Positions 18,988 through 28,207 of a stretch of 64,000 bases of DNA are shown piece after piece. The stretch comes from a virus. The first letter of the stretch is position 1. Each line of letters starts with the position of its first letter. The notes beneath the pieces were generated by a model, which searched no databases, was not told the DNA's origin, and worked only from the letters and a program-made list of their open reading frames with translations. The DNA is taken from the IMG/VR virus record IMGVR_UViG_2858842621_000004; one strand, 5' to 3'. Both the position numbers and the translations under genes were made by a program.

Positions 18988-19908
18988 GTGAGCACCGCTC
19001 ATTCCTTCCAGACCGGCAAACTGGCGTTGGTCCTGTCCAATCGGCTGGGTGATACGTTATATCAGATGACCCTGGCCAACAATCTGCGCAAGGCCGGCCG
19101 CGACCTCACCGTGTATGGCGTGCACGGCCACGCCTTGCGGGAATGGTTTCCCGACTTCGATATCCAGCCCCTACCCGCGGACATCGACGGCCTGGCGGGA
19201 TACGACACCATCGTGCAAATGGACCCGGACAGCCCATTCGACGGCCTGACCCGAGTCTGCAGGCGTTTTCTCAGCACCAAGGAATGGGGCAAGATCCGGG
19301 CGGCGCCGCGCAGGCATGCCTCGCCCAACGGCATCCTGGATGAATTCCGCCGGTTCTCGGTCGACGCCTTCGGCCTGACCGAATGGAGCGACGACAACGG
19401 ACTGCGCGCGCCCGCGCGCTTCAAGGCCCGCCTGCACGACAAACGCGTAATCCTGCACCCCACCTCGAGCGAAGCGGAACGCTGCTGGACGCCGGGAAAA
19501 TACGTCCTGGTCGCCCGTCGCCTGCGCGCCATGGGCTATGAACCCACCTTCGTGCTGGCGCCCTCTGAACGCGCGTTCTGGCGCCCGCTGCTGGAGCAGG
19601 CCCATGCCGGCCTGGTGGAAGCGCCCTCCATCGATGGTGTCGCCGCGCAAGTCTACGAGTCGGGCTGGTTCATCGGCACCGATTCCGGGATCGGCCACCT
19701 GGCCTCCTGTTGCGGCCTGCCGACGGTGACCATCGTCGACCGCCCCCGCAATATGCCGCGCTGGCGGCCGGCCTGGGCCGACAACATCATCGTCAAGCCG
19801 TGGTGGCTGCCCCTGCGGACCCTGCGCCGCAAATATTGGCGCGAGGCCACCACGGTGGCCGCGGTGATGCGTTGCTTCGGACGCATGGTGCATCGCCAAC
19901 GCCGCTGA
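18988..19908 (+). CDS. Glycosyltransferase family 9 (heptosyltransferase-like)
   Basis: LGD near N-terminus, LHPTSS...RCW, FIGTDSGIGHLAS..G.PTV. Confidence 0.85.
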   Translation: MSTAHSFQTGKLALVLSNRLGDTLYQMTLANNLRKAGRDLTVYGVHGHALREWFPDFDIQPLPADIDGLAGYDTIVQMDPDSPFDGLTRVCRRFLSTKEWGKIRAAPRRHASPNGILDEFRRFSVDAFGLTEWSDDNGLRAPARFKARLHDKRVILHPTSSEAERCWTPGKYVLVARRLRAMGYEPTFVLAPSERAFWRPLLEQAHAGLVEAPSIDGVAAQVYESGWFIGTDSGIGHLASCCGLPTVTIVDRPRNMPRWRPAWADNIIVKPWWLPLRTLRRKYWREATTVAAVMRCFGRMVHRQRR

Positions 19909-20009
19909 GCGGGAAAACAAACAAACCGGTTGTCGACATGTCGGCAACCAGCCTGGCTCGGCAAGGCCGATTCCCGCCGCGCACGAGACTCCTGAACGTC
20001 GTTCTCGCG

Positions 20010-21152
20010 TCAGGCTGCCACCGCCCCGCTCCTGACCATCCTCGCCTCGTCCATCGCGGCCTCGTAAGCGCTCAACGTCTCGGCCATCTTCTGGGACAGT
20101 ACCAGGTGACGGTCGGCGAACGCCCGCGCCTGCTCCGCAATGCGGGCGGCCTGCTCCGGATGCGACCAGATCCACGCCAGTCGTTCGGCAAAACCGGCGA
20201 TGTCACCCACCGGCGCCAGCCAACCCGTGCTGCCAGGGTGAACGATCTCCGGCAATCCCCCGACCGCGCTGGCGACCACCGGACAACGCGCCGCATAGGC
20301 TTCTGGCACGACGCGGGACCAGGCCTCGTTGACGGATGGCACCAGCACCGCGTCGGCGGCATGGATGACACTGGCGATATCCTCGCGATGTCCGGCGAAT
20401 GTCACGCACCCGCCGATTCCCAGTTCCGCCACCAGCTCTTGCAGTTTCTGGCCATACGCCATGGTGCCGCGTGTCGGCATGCCCACCACCAGGGCGTGCG
20501 CCGGCAACCCGCGCTGGCGCAGCAGATGCACCACGCGCAGCAGGTCCTCCTGGCGTTTGTCCGGGCGCAGCATGCCGATGGTCGCGACGACGAACGCGGC
20601 CGGATCCAGCCCCAACTCGCGCCGGGCCGCCTGGCGCCGCTCCAGCTTGTCCGCGCCCACGAAAAAGCCATGGTCGGCCCATTCCCCAACGACACTGATA
20701 CGGTCCTGCGCGGCAAAGCCCGCCGTGACGATATCCTGGGCGCCCCCCTGGCTGGTGGTGATGACGCGGTGGCAGCCCAGGCGCCATTCCAGCCGTCGCC
20801 GCCAGCAGGTGCCCAGAGGGCGGGCGAAGTGCCAGGTCCGTACCAGCGAGCACAGGTCGCGGCATAGCGCGGTCGCCTTGGCGTCCGATGTGCCGTGCGC
20901 ATCGATGACCTGGATGCGCAGATCCTTGACCAACCGGCGCAGCTTGAGCATGCCCGACCACGAATACGGCGAACGGAAATTCATGCCGATGGTCGCCAAT
21001 CCCCAACTGCGCGCAAGCTTCAGGGTTTCGCTTCCTGGCGGCGCGGCAATCGCCACAGCGTGGCCCTGCTCCCGCAGCCAGCGGGCCTGATCCAGGACGC
21101 GAAACTCCAAGCCACCCAGATTCGAGCCAGAAAGCGTGTGCAGAATTTGCAT
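20010..21152 (-). CDS. Glycosyltransferase family 4
   Basis: GGLE, KRQEDLL, GHREDI, PSVNEAWSRVVPEAYA, GGLPEIV; start set at MQILH. Confidence 0.9.
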   Translation of the reverse strand: MQILHTLSGSNLGGLEFRVLDQARWLREQGHAVAIAAPPGSETLKLARSWGLATIGMNFRSPYSWSGMLKLRRLVKDLRIQVIDAHGTSDAKATALCRDLCSLVRTWHFARPLGTCWRRRLEWRLGCHRVITTSQGGAQDIVTAGFAAQDRISVVGEWADHGFFVGADKLERRQAARRELGLDPAAFVVATIGMLRPDKRQEDLLRVVHLLRQRGLPAHALVVGMPTRGTMAYGQKLQELVAELGIGGCVTFAGHREDIASVIHAADAVLVPSVNEAWSRVVPEAYAARCPVVASAVGGLPEIVHPGSTGWLAPVGDIAGFAERLAWIWSHPEQAARIAEQARAFADRHLVLSQKMAETLSAYEAAMDEARMVRSGAVAA

Positions 21153-21872
21153 GAAAATAAAAAGACCGGAAAGCGTGACGCAACTGGCGACGCCCGGTGG
21201 CAACTCCGCCCCCCGGACCAGCCCGACTCGGTTGGCGCCCAGGCAGGCGCGGCATGAGCGGGATCTCGAATCCGCAGGTCGGCGCTTGGTAAGATGGCCG
21301 TCGCGCATCCTTGCGCGGCAGGCTATCGGGTCATCGAAACCAACTGAAACGCCAATTTTGTGAAATTTAGCTATCGGTCAGGAATATAGACAGGCAAAAG
21401 GGGACGAATTAGGCGATGCCTTTAACTATTGTTAATTTCTTTGCTGATTTCGTAACATTCTGATTCCACTCCTCCCCTCCTGTCCAAGGTGGCGCCGCCG
21501 GCATGCGCTGGCACGAAAGGGAGCAATACCCAGACAACAAGGGTTGGAACCAGAAGCCGAACGGCCTCTTGCGCCGCGCGGGCCTGTCGGCCGCAACAGC
21601 GCCGATGGCGGGAGAATTGAGGGGAAAGCCATAGGGGAATGACGACGGGCGCTCCACCCTCGCATTGCGCGAGGCATCGTCATCAGCGCTGTCCTACGTG
21701 CCGCCCATGCCGGCCCGGTCTGTGCCGACCGGGAATCAGCGCTCAGAAAATACAGGTCTTTTGCGTGCAGGTCTTTTGCGCGCCTTCGACCAGAAAAACC
21801 GCCACCCGACGATAAACCGATGCCATGCGGGCGCCTGTCGACATGGCGCGGTGGACCGCCGCTGCATCACGG

Positions 21873-21908
21873 AAAACAAAGCGGGCCTCGGATTGCTCCG
21901 AGACCCGC
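21873..21908 (-). terminator. Terminator downstream of the tRNA 3' half
   Basis: Minus strand GCGGGTCTCGGA-GCAA-TCCGAGGCCCGC-TTTGTTTT. Confidence 0.75.
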
Positions 21909-21917
21909 ATTGTTCTT

Positions 21918-21964
21918 TGGTAGGCCCCCCGAGAGTCGAACTCGGCACCAACGGATTATGAGTC
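21918..21964 (-). tRNA. 3' half of tRNA(CAU) (Ile2/Met) = att core of prophage 2; not a full tRNA
   Basis: Minus strand GACTCATAATCCGTTGGTGCCGAGTTCGACTCTCGGGGGGCCTACCA: anticodon loop, T arm, CCA; D arm and 5' acceptor strand absent. Confidence 0.9.
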
Positions 21965-22094
21965 TGCCGAGGAATTCAGGTTTTATGCGGGTTTCCGGCC
22001 CATAGCCGTTCCGCAATCATATTGACGTACCGACGAAAAATCCCTTTAGAATCAATCACCGATTTTCGATTGCGGAACGGTTTTGGAGGGACTT

Positions 22095-22340
22095 ATGTGC
22101 AGCCACTACCAGACCCTGAAGGACGCCGAACTGCTGCTAAAGAAGTTCGGCGCGCCCAACAAGCCGGCCGGCGGCAAGTACGACATGTGGCCGCGCTACC
22201 CTGGGGTGTTCGTCCGCCGCCCGGTCGAGATCGACGCCGGCCACGCCGGCCCAGTGCGCATCACCTTCCGGCGCCAGAAGGCCAAGCGAGCCAAACACAC
22301 CCACTGGTTCTGGTCGGCCAAGCGGGCGGACGCTGTCTAG
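22095..22340 (+). pseudogene. Truncated SRAP (SOS response-associated peptidase) N-terminus fused to an unrelated tail
   Basis: MCSHY...DMWP..PG.FVRR start typical of SRAP; only 81 aa. Confidence 0.65.
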
Positions 22341-22379
22341 GGCGTAGCGCTGCATGTCGGGCGCGCTTTCAGTGACAGA

Positions 22380-24449
22380 CTAGTTGCTATGGACTGCCAC
22401 TGCACCAGTTTTCCCAAACAGCCAATCGAACGCCGACTTGTTCGGGCGGTATATGCGCTCCAAACCGGAATCGCCGATATGGTTGGTGTCGTAGTACAAC
22501 ACCCCCTCATCGCCGTAGCTTCTACATGTAACTTCATCGCAGAAGCTGTTGATAGGGTCAATGAACTGGACATCACGCTCTTCTTCGACTGAGGCCTTTA
22601 ACCACGCAACGACGTCACGCCGCTCCTTGTCGGCAAATTCACGGGTTACGGAGCAATGGGTATCGCGGTCGACCATGTAGCGATCTGAACGCATAACGCA
22701 AGTGGGCGCGAGCGCATGAAATATCGGCACCGGGCCGATGACGAGTATCCGCTTGACGCCATTGGCGCGCAAATAGTCGTATGTCCCTCTAAGCTTCTTG
22801 ACAAATCCCGCCTGCGTATCTGGGAACGGGTCCGTTGTCCCTGGTTCGCTCAAAGAGTAGTTACCGCGTCCGCTGTAGATCGTCCAGCTAGAGAAAAGGA
22901 CGGCAAACTCGGGCTTGATTTTCCCTATCATCGCCAACGCATTCTCCCTGCCCTTCTCGCAACGCCCCTGCATGGCTGTGTCAGGGTTGTTCACATGGAC
23001 GTCCAGTATCGCTGCGCATCCACCGGATGACATGGTTGCGAGTACAGCATTGTTGGTCACGGCATGCGTGGCCAGACCACGATAGGCGGCATCCGCATGC
23101 GAATCCCCGATCAATAGGCCGAGACTCTTTCCGCTCGCTGCCTCGATACAGTCGTTCGGGCTGGCGATGAAGTGGAGGTCGCAAACACCGGCGCGCGTCG
23201 CGACTTTTGGGACTTGTGCCTCAGTGAAATTTCTTTGCACCGATGCGGCGTACCCGTCCGCCATGTACCAACCCGCGACACCGATAGGGATACACAACGT
23301 AAGCGCTACAGCAGTTTGAGCCCAGCCAGGCCCGCCTTCAAGGCTCTTCCTCCAGGCTAGGACCTTCTTGTCCACCAACACGTATGTCGCGCAGGCAAGA
23401 AGGAAAGAGACGGCCACCATTACCAAGTCAAACGGCAGGATGCGCTCGCCAAAATTGTAGATCCGCCCAAAGGTGAGCAGCGGCCAATGCCACAGGTACC
23501 ACGCGTAAGAGACTAGACCAATTGCAACGAAAGGCTTGAGCGCGAAGACGCGCGCTACCAGGATTTTGGGGTTGACCACGCCGCAGAGGATGATGAGCGC
23601 GGCGCCCGCTACGGGGTAGATAGCCTTCCAGGAAGGGTACGGGCTAGCACCTGAGTAGGTGAGTATTGAATGCCCGACCAACCACACCCCAACACAAGCT
23701 GCGGCTTCGAGAACGACCCGATGAACGCGCTGAATAAGCGGTAGTAGAAACGCTATCGCACCGCCGGCTATGAACTCCCAAGCGCGCAGGGGCATCAGGA
23801 AAAAGGCGTAATTCTTACCGGCACCGCCTCCGCTGAGGTTGACGCTTCCGTACAGCGAAAAAGCAAAAATAGCGAGTACCACACCGCCACAGACTACAGC
23901 CGCTTGTATCGGCGGTCGCCTTCTCGTAACGGCGAACAAGCCAACCATCAGAATCGGCGCGACGAGATAGAATTGCTCTTCGACGGCGAGCGACCACAGA
24001 TGGAGCAAAGGCTTTGTGTCCGCAAGACCGTCGAAATACCCCTGCTGGCCCAAGAAATAGTGATTGGCCAACATCGCCGCCGAATAGGCAACTTGATTCC
24101 CAAAATCCGTCAGCTCCTTGGGCAGAACAAGAATGAACGGCGCCACCGCGGCGGACGCGACAATAACCAACAAGTAAGGTGGAAGTATGCGCAGAGCCCG
24201 CCGAGCCCAGAACTCGCCGAAAGAAAATGTGCCAGCCTGTAGAGCGCTCAAGATGTGCGTCACGATCAGGAAGCCGGAGATCACGAAAAAGATATCGACC
24301 CCCACAAAGCCGCCAGCGATCTGTGGAAAACCCGCGTGGTACGCCACCACAGCCAAGATCGACAGGGCCCGGAGCCCGTCTATGAAGGATTTGTATCCCG
24401 ATGCGCGCTCGAGCGCCGCCTTGACAAACATTATTTTTGCGTCCATCAC
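22380..24449 (-). CDS. OafA-like O-acetyltransferase (AT3 + SGNH), prophage moron
   Basis: IDGLRALSI, GFVGVDIFFVISGFLI, HLWSLAVEEQFY; SGNH GDSHA and DTNH motifs. Confidence 0.9.
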   Translation of the reverse strand: MMDAKIMFVKAALERASGYKSFIDGLRALSILAVVAYHAGFPQIAGGFVGVDIFFVISGFLIVTHILSALQAGTFSFGEFWARRALRILPPYLLVIVASAAVAPFILVLPKELTDFGNQVAYSAAMLANHYFLGQQGYFDGLADTKPLLHLWSLAVEEQFYLVAPILMVGLFAVTRRRPPIQAAVVCGGVVLAIFAFSLYGSVNLSGGGAGKNYAFFLMPLRAWEFIAGGAIAFLLPLIQRVHRVVLEAAACVGVWLVGHSILTYSGASPYPSWKAIYPVAGAALIILCGVVNPKILVARVFALKPFVAIGLVSYAWYLWHWPLLTFGRIYNFGERILPFDLVMVAVSFLLACATYVLVDKKVLAWRKSLEGGPGWAQTAVALTLCIPIGVAGWYMADGYAASVQRNFTEAQVPKVATRAGVCDLHFIASPNDCIEAASGKSLGLLIGDSHADAAYRGLATHAVTNNAVLATMSSGGCAAILDVHVNNPDTAMQGRCEKGRENALAMIGKIKPEFAVLFSSWTIYSGRGNYSLSEPGTTDPFPDTQAGFVKKLRGTYDYLRANGVKRILVIGPVPIFHALAPTCVMRSDRYMVDRDTHCSVTREFADKERRDVVAWLKASVEEERDVQFIDPINSFCDEVTCRSYGDEGVLYYDTNHIGDSGLERIYRPNKSAFDWLFGKTGAVAVHSN

Positions 24450-24479
24450 TTGAAACGGTGTGGCGCATTTTATTACAGC

Positions 24480-25019
24480 CTATTGAGGTAAGTGACGCGG
24501 CATGCTCAGGGAGTCATAAGCTCGCTCGCACGTCAGTCCGGCGACGCGGGCGCGGTCAGCTTCCGCCGCGTAGACTTCCGCCATTCCGTCAAGCTCCCCA
24601 AACAACTCGGCGAGCAGGCCAATGGGGTCGGCGATTGTCGGGCTTGGCTGGGCAGCGCTGGTATGACTGGCGGGCGGACGGTGACGCCGGGCAAATTCTG
24701 CGGCTTGGTCACGCAGGCGCTTATCAGCGGCAGAGCGCTCAGCAGCCACCACACGCGCCAAGTTCTGGTCAGCTTCATCTCTCACCTCGTTGATTGCGAC
24801 ATAACGCCGCTGTTCTTCCTGCCGCGCCTGGTCCTGAGCATTGGCTAGAACCTGGCTGGATACAGCCCTCTCGTCGCTCCAATTCTTCTCGATCCTGGCG
24901 ACTTGAGCGTCCGCGCGCCAGCCCTGGACAACCCAGGCCGATCCACCAGCTATAACTGCCCCGGACAGCGCCGCGGCGGCGTAGCCTCGCCAGCCGGCGA
25001 TCACAGTCCCGAGGCGCAT
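24480..25019 (-). CDS. Inner-membrane spanin (Rz-like)
   Basis: N-terminal TM, coiled coil, ADRARVAGLTCERAY; follows endolysin. Confidence 0.8.
   Translation of the reverse strand: MRLGTVIAGWRGYAAAALSGAVIAGGSAWVVQGWRADAQVARIEKNWSDERAVSSQVLANAQDQARQEEQRRYVAINEVRDEADQNLARVVAAERSAADKRLRDQAAEFARRHRPPASHTSAAQPSPTIADPIGLLAELFGELDGMAEVYAAEADRARVAGLTCERAYDSLSMPRHLPQ
24533..24778 (-). CDS. Outer-membrane spanin lipoprotein (Rz1-like), nested in Rz in another frame
   Basis: Lipobox LISAC, Pro-rich mature part, two further Cys. Confidence 0.7.
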   Translation of the reverse strand: MKLTRTWRVWWLLSALPLISACVTKPQNLPGVTVRPPVIPALPSQARQSPTPLACSPSCLGSLTEWRKSTRRKLTAPASPD

Positions 25020-25552
25020 AGCTTCACCTCGTCCAGCCGGCGGCTGTACAAGCCCTGCACAAACACCTTGGCGCCCTTGGCGTCCGTGACATAGGACCAG
25101 ACCGGGGAGCCGTTCGGCGCGTGCGCCAGGGCATTGCAGCCCTCGCGCAGCCGACCGGCGTTGATCAGGCCCACCGCGCGGCTTGCACAAGTGCTGGGCG
25201 TGCCGAAGTTGTGGGCGTGGCTGCTAAGGGCGTCAAAGACCGGTTGGCTGACCACCACATCTATGCAGTCGGCCAGTTGCATCTGCCCCTTGCGCACCAC
25301 CAGGCGCTCGACCGCTTCACAGCGCTCCGGCGACCAGTAGTCGCCAACCACCAGCGGCTCGGAGGTGGTGTGTTTGGTGATGCCCTTGCACACCGTGGGC
25401 AGGCCGTCGACCAGCTTATCCGCATAGACGATGTTCTGGCTTTCCCCTTCCCACTTGCCCAGGAAGGTTTGGAGCGTCGGCGAGAACAGCGCCAAATAGC
25501 CAGAAGCAACAAGGGCGGCAGCGCCGCCCGCAATCTTGGTTCCCGACCTCAT
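25001..25552 (-). CDS. Endolysin (GH24 lysozyme, SAR-like N-terminus)
   Basis: WEG...YADK...TVCKGIT triad region, GLYSRR; Gly/Ala-rich weak TM at N-terminus. Confidence 0.85.
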   Translation of the reverse strand: MRSGTKIAGGAAALVASGYLALFSPTLQTFLGKWEGESQNIVYADKLVDGLPTVCKGITKHTTSEPLVVGDYWSPERCEAVERLVVRKGQMQLADCIDVVVSQPVFDALSSHAHNFGTPSTCASRAVGLINAGRLREGCNALAHAPNGSPVWSYVTDAKGAKVFVQGLYSRRLDEVKLCASGL

Positions 25553-25800
25553 AGTTTGCACCTCTCCCGTAAGGCTGCCATACGCGCCTCGCTTTCGGCC
25601 TGCTCACGCCGATCGCGCCGGCGCTGGTAGTACAAATTCGCTAAAAGCCCAAAGACCGCGACCAGGAAACCCGCCCAGCCAATCCAGTTCACCTGCGCTG
25701 CCCAGCCGACAACGCCAGTTACGGCGCCGGTCTCGGTAGTTCGATTCGCGGCCTGGATGGCCACATCATCCAAATTCATCTTGCTGATCCTTTGGGGCAT
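25549..25800 (-). CDS. Holin
   Basis: Small, hydrophobic segment then charged C-terminus, directly upstream of endolysin. Confidence 0.75.
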   Translation of the reverse strand: MPQRISKMNLDDVAIQAANRTTETGAVTGVVGWAAQVNWIGWAGFLVAVFGLLANLYYQRRRDRREQAESEARMAALRERCKL

Positions 25801-25837
25801 GATGCCTCCTGCGATTTCATTACCGGAAGGTATTCCA

Positions 25838-28153
25838 CTATTCTTCCAACACAGATTCCCAAGTAGCCGAACCCGATGAGGCTGCTCCCGTCGCAGCGCC
25901 GTCTGTAGTGAGGTAGCACGTAGCAGAAAAGCCGCTAACCGTTATGGAAGCCGATGAGTACGCCACGCGCTTGTTGTCCACAGTCGGAGACCGGGCAGTG
26001 ATGAGCACATTGGGTGCGCGTGGATACGGATTTGGAAAGGAAACGGCTTGCGGGCCGCTGGCTGCACCAGAACTCACCGGGATCGTTACAACTCCGATCT
26101 GTCGCGGGAGTTGAAATCGATCCGCAGATACCGCCCCATCAAGAAACACATACTTCAGGCCAGATGGCACGAACCCCGTAAGGCCATGGACGCGCACCAA
26201 GCCGAAAGAACCAGTGCCAGCAGATTTGGACAACCGGATAAATTCCACGACATCCGGCGCATTAATTGCGCGCGCAGCATTGAAGACCAGATTCACCCTG
26301 GCCGGTGTGCCGTCTATAGCGGACTTCACCAAATACGTGCAGCCAACCGGTGCACGGAACGTGCAGCCATCAAATTGATAGGTTGTATCGGCCGTAAGAT
26401 TTGCGGAATTATTTGCAAGGTCGACCATGCCAAACCCGCCAGTATTCGGGTTCTGCGATGATTCGAAATGGCAATTAGTGAATACGTTCGCTCCACCACC
26501 CAGAGGCTCGCCTGCAAACAGAGCTACGCCGCTATTTAGGCTTCCCACGAAGCTACAACCAACAAATCGATGGTTGCGGCCGCCGATAATCCCCCCGTTG
26601 GCAAACGTTCCGCCTATGAACAGAATGTTTTCAGTGTTGCCGTGCAAATCTTGGGAGCCCGTGGGCGCGTTGTTACCCATACTGGAGGCCATCACAGTGA
26701 TCCCCCGGCATGGCACGCTACCAGTGGCGCTGCTACCACCAAACGCAATGCCGTGTCGGCCGCCGTAGAATGCGCCGGTCAACATGCCCCCTTGACAATT
26801 GCTAACCAGCAGCCCGTATTCGTCATCTACCGCAGGCGAAGCCTGGAAGGCGTTCGACTCGACGCGAGCATCAAAACAGCGATCCAGTTCGATACCGCAA
26901 TACGTGCTGGAGCCGCTTGTAGTGATATCGCGGATGATGGGGGTATCAATCAGCGCTACCCGCAAGCCAGAGTTCTGTGTGGGCGGCTGCTGTATGTGAA
27001 ATGCACTGAAGCGGGTAGATGGCCCCACCAGCTTATGCATTGTCACTTGGGCAGCTGCGTACCCTGCGTATGAAACCCCCATCATTCGGACTACGTTCCC
27101 AGCGACACCATTCACACGGAAAAACTCACCCGCTCGGTAGTAGGTCCTCCATGGCGAAAATGACCAGTTTGCGGGGTTGAAGATTACGCCCACATCCCCG
27201 GCTTGAATCGGAGGAGCTGAGACAGCCGTGAAAGAAGATGCTCCCCTTTGAATGTCTGCGCTCAATGCTGGCATGGCGACTAGCGCGCCCGTGACGCCAA
27301 CGACGTACTCAGCGGTCCATCCGGACGAATCGGCAACGATTACGGAATTTGGGCCATCGCCTTCCACCACATCACCAGGTCTAAAGTCGATGGCCTCGGT
27401 TACCAGGAAGCGACCTGCCGGTATCCGCTTCAAATAGAATGCTTGAGCAGCAGCGAATCGTTGCATTGCGATGGTGTCATCGCTCGCCCCATCTCCCTTT
27501 GCGCCGAAATGGTACGGCGTGATTCCGCCGCGCTGATTTAGTCGGTATCGATGGCCATAGATGCTTACGATCACGGTTCCGCCATTGTCTGGCGTAGTTG
27601 CATCTGCGGGGTCATAGGAGTACGCCGCAGGGGTATTGTCTCCGCGAGCGTAGTATCCGGTCGCAATGACATGCGGATTCTTTAAGCCATTCTGAAGTCG
27701 CAGATCCGCAATAGAATCGACAAACCGGGCCGCTCCAACAACAAGCCCCACGCCCAGATCGGTGTCAGTCCCATTCGACAGGTCTTGCCTAAGCACCGCA
27801 TCTCCCACGCTGACGAAATTTGCTCCCTCGGTTCCCCAGTCTCCAGTAGTCGTGTACGGCAAAGCAAGAGAAGGAGAAGCGCGCCAAAGCTCCCCATCTT
27901 TCGCAAACACTTGGTTCCTCGCAGTGACGACAAGACCGGGGGCATAGTCGCCTATGTCCTGGTAGCCGGAGTTCAACAAAAAGTCCTGGAAATCCTGCTC
28001 GATGCCATACCAAGACTTTCGCGTTACTCCAAGCCTATCCTCCCATGATCGCGAGGTCCTCTCATTCAACGCAATGTCGAAATTTTCAGCGTTGTCATAA
28101 AGGTCTTTCACACTCGTACTGCCAAGCGGATTGCCAGTCTTGTAGGTCGTCAT
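25838..28153 (-). CDS. Tailspike / receptor-binding protein (beta-helix)
   Basis: MTTYKTGNPLGS..KDLYDNA attachment domain, FGAKGDG..DDT.A pectate-lyase-like start, H-type-lectin-like C-terminus. Confidence 0.85.
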   Translation of the reverse strand: MTTYKTGNPLGSTSVKDLYDNAENFDIALNERTSRSWEDRLGVTRKSWYGIEQDFQDFLLNSGYQDIGDYAPGLVVTARNQVFAKDGELWRASPSLALPYTTTGDWGTEGANFVSVGDAVLRQDLSNGTDTDLGVGLVVGAARFVDSIADLRLQNGLKNPHVIATGYYARGDNTPAAYSYDPADATTPDNGGTVIVSIYGHRYRLNQRGGITPYHFGAKGDGASDDTIAMQRFAAAQAFYLKRIPAGRFLVTEAIDFRPGDVVEGDGPNSVIVADSSGWTAEYVVGVTGALVAMPALSADIQRGASSFTAVSAPPIQAGDVGVIFNPANWSFSPWRTYYRAGEFFRVNGVAGNVVRMMGVSYAGYAAAQVTMHKLVGPSTRFSAFHIQQPPTQNSGLRVALIDTPIIRDITTSGSSTYCGIELDRCFDARVESNAFQASPAVDDEYGLLVSNCQGGMLTGAFYGGRHGIAFGGSSATGSVPCRGITVMASSMGNNAPTGSQDLHGNTENILFIGGTFANGGIIGGRNHRFVGCSFVGSLNSGVALFAGEPLGGGANVFTNCHFESSQNPNTGGFGMVDLANNSANLTADTTYQFDGCTFRAPVGCTYLVKSAIDGTPARVNLVFNAARAINAPDVVEFIRLSKSAGTGSFGLVRVHGLTGFVPSGLKYVFLDGAVSADRFQLPRQIGVVTIPVSSGAASGPQAVSFPNPYPRAPNVLITARSPTVDNKRVAYSSASITVSGFSATCYLTTDGAATGAASSGSATWESVLEE

Positions 28154-28207
28154 TCTCTTGCCCAGAAAAATGGCCCTTATTTGGGGCCTGGATGGATGAT
28201 GCAGAAG

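Noticed and set aside
21918..21964. Functional tRNA gene
   Set aside because: Only the anticodon loop to CCA is present; the intact gene is expected at the far prophage end, outside the window.
25549..25800. Dual-start holin/antiholin (MPQRISK-M)
   Set aside because: A second Met exists, but only the first has a clear RBS; not enough evidence.
25838..28153. Tailspike as the DGR target
   Set aside because: No TR-like segment or GCGGGC-GNA-GCCCGC hairpin seen at its 3' end (checked by eye only).
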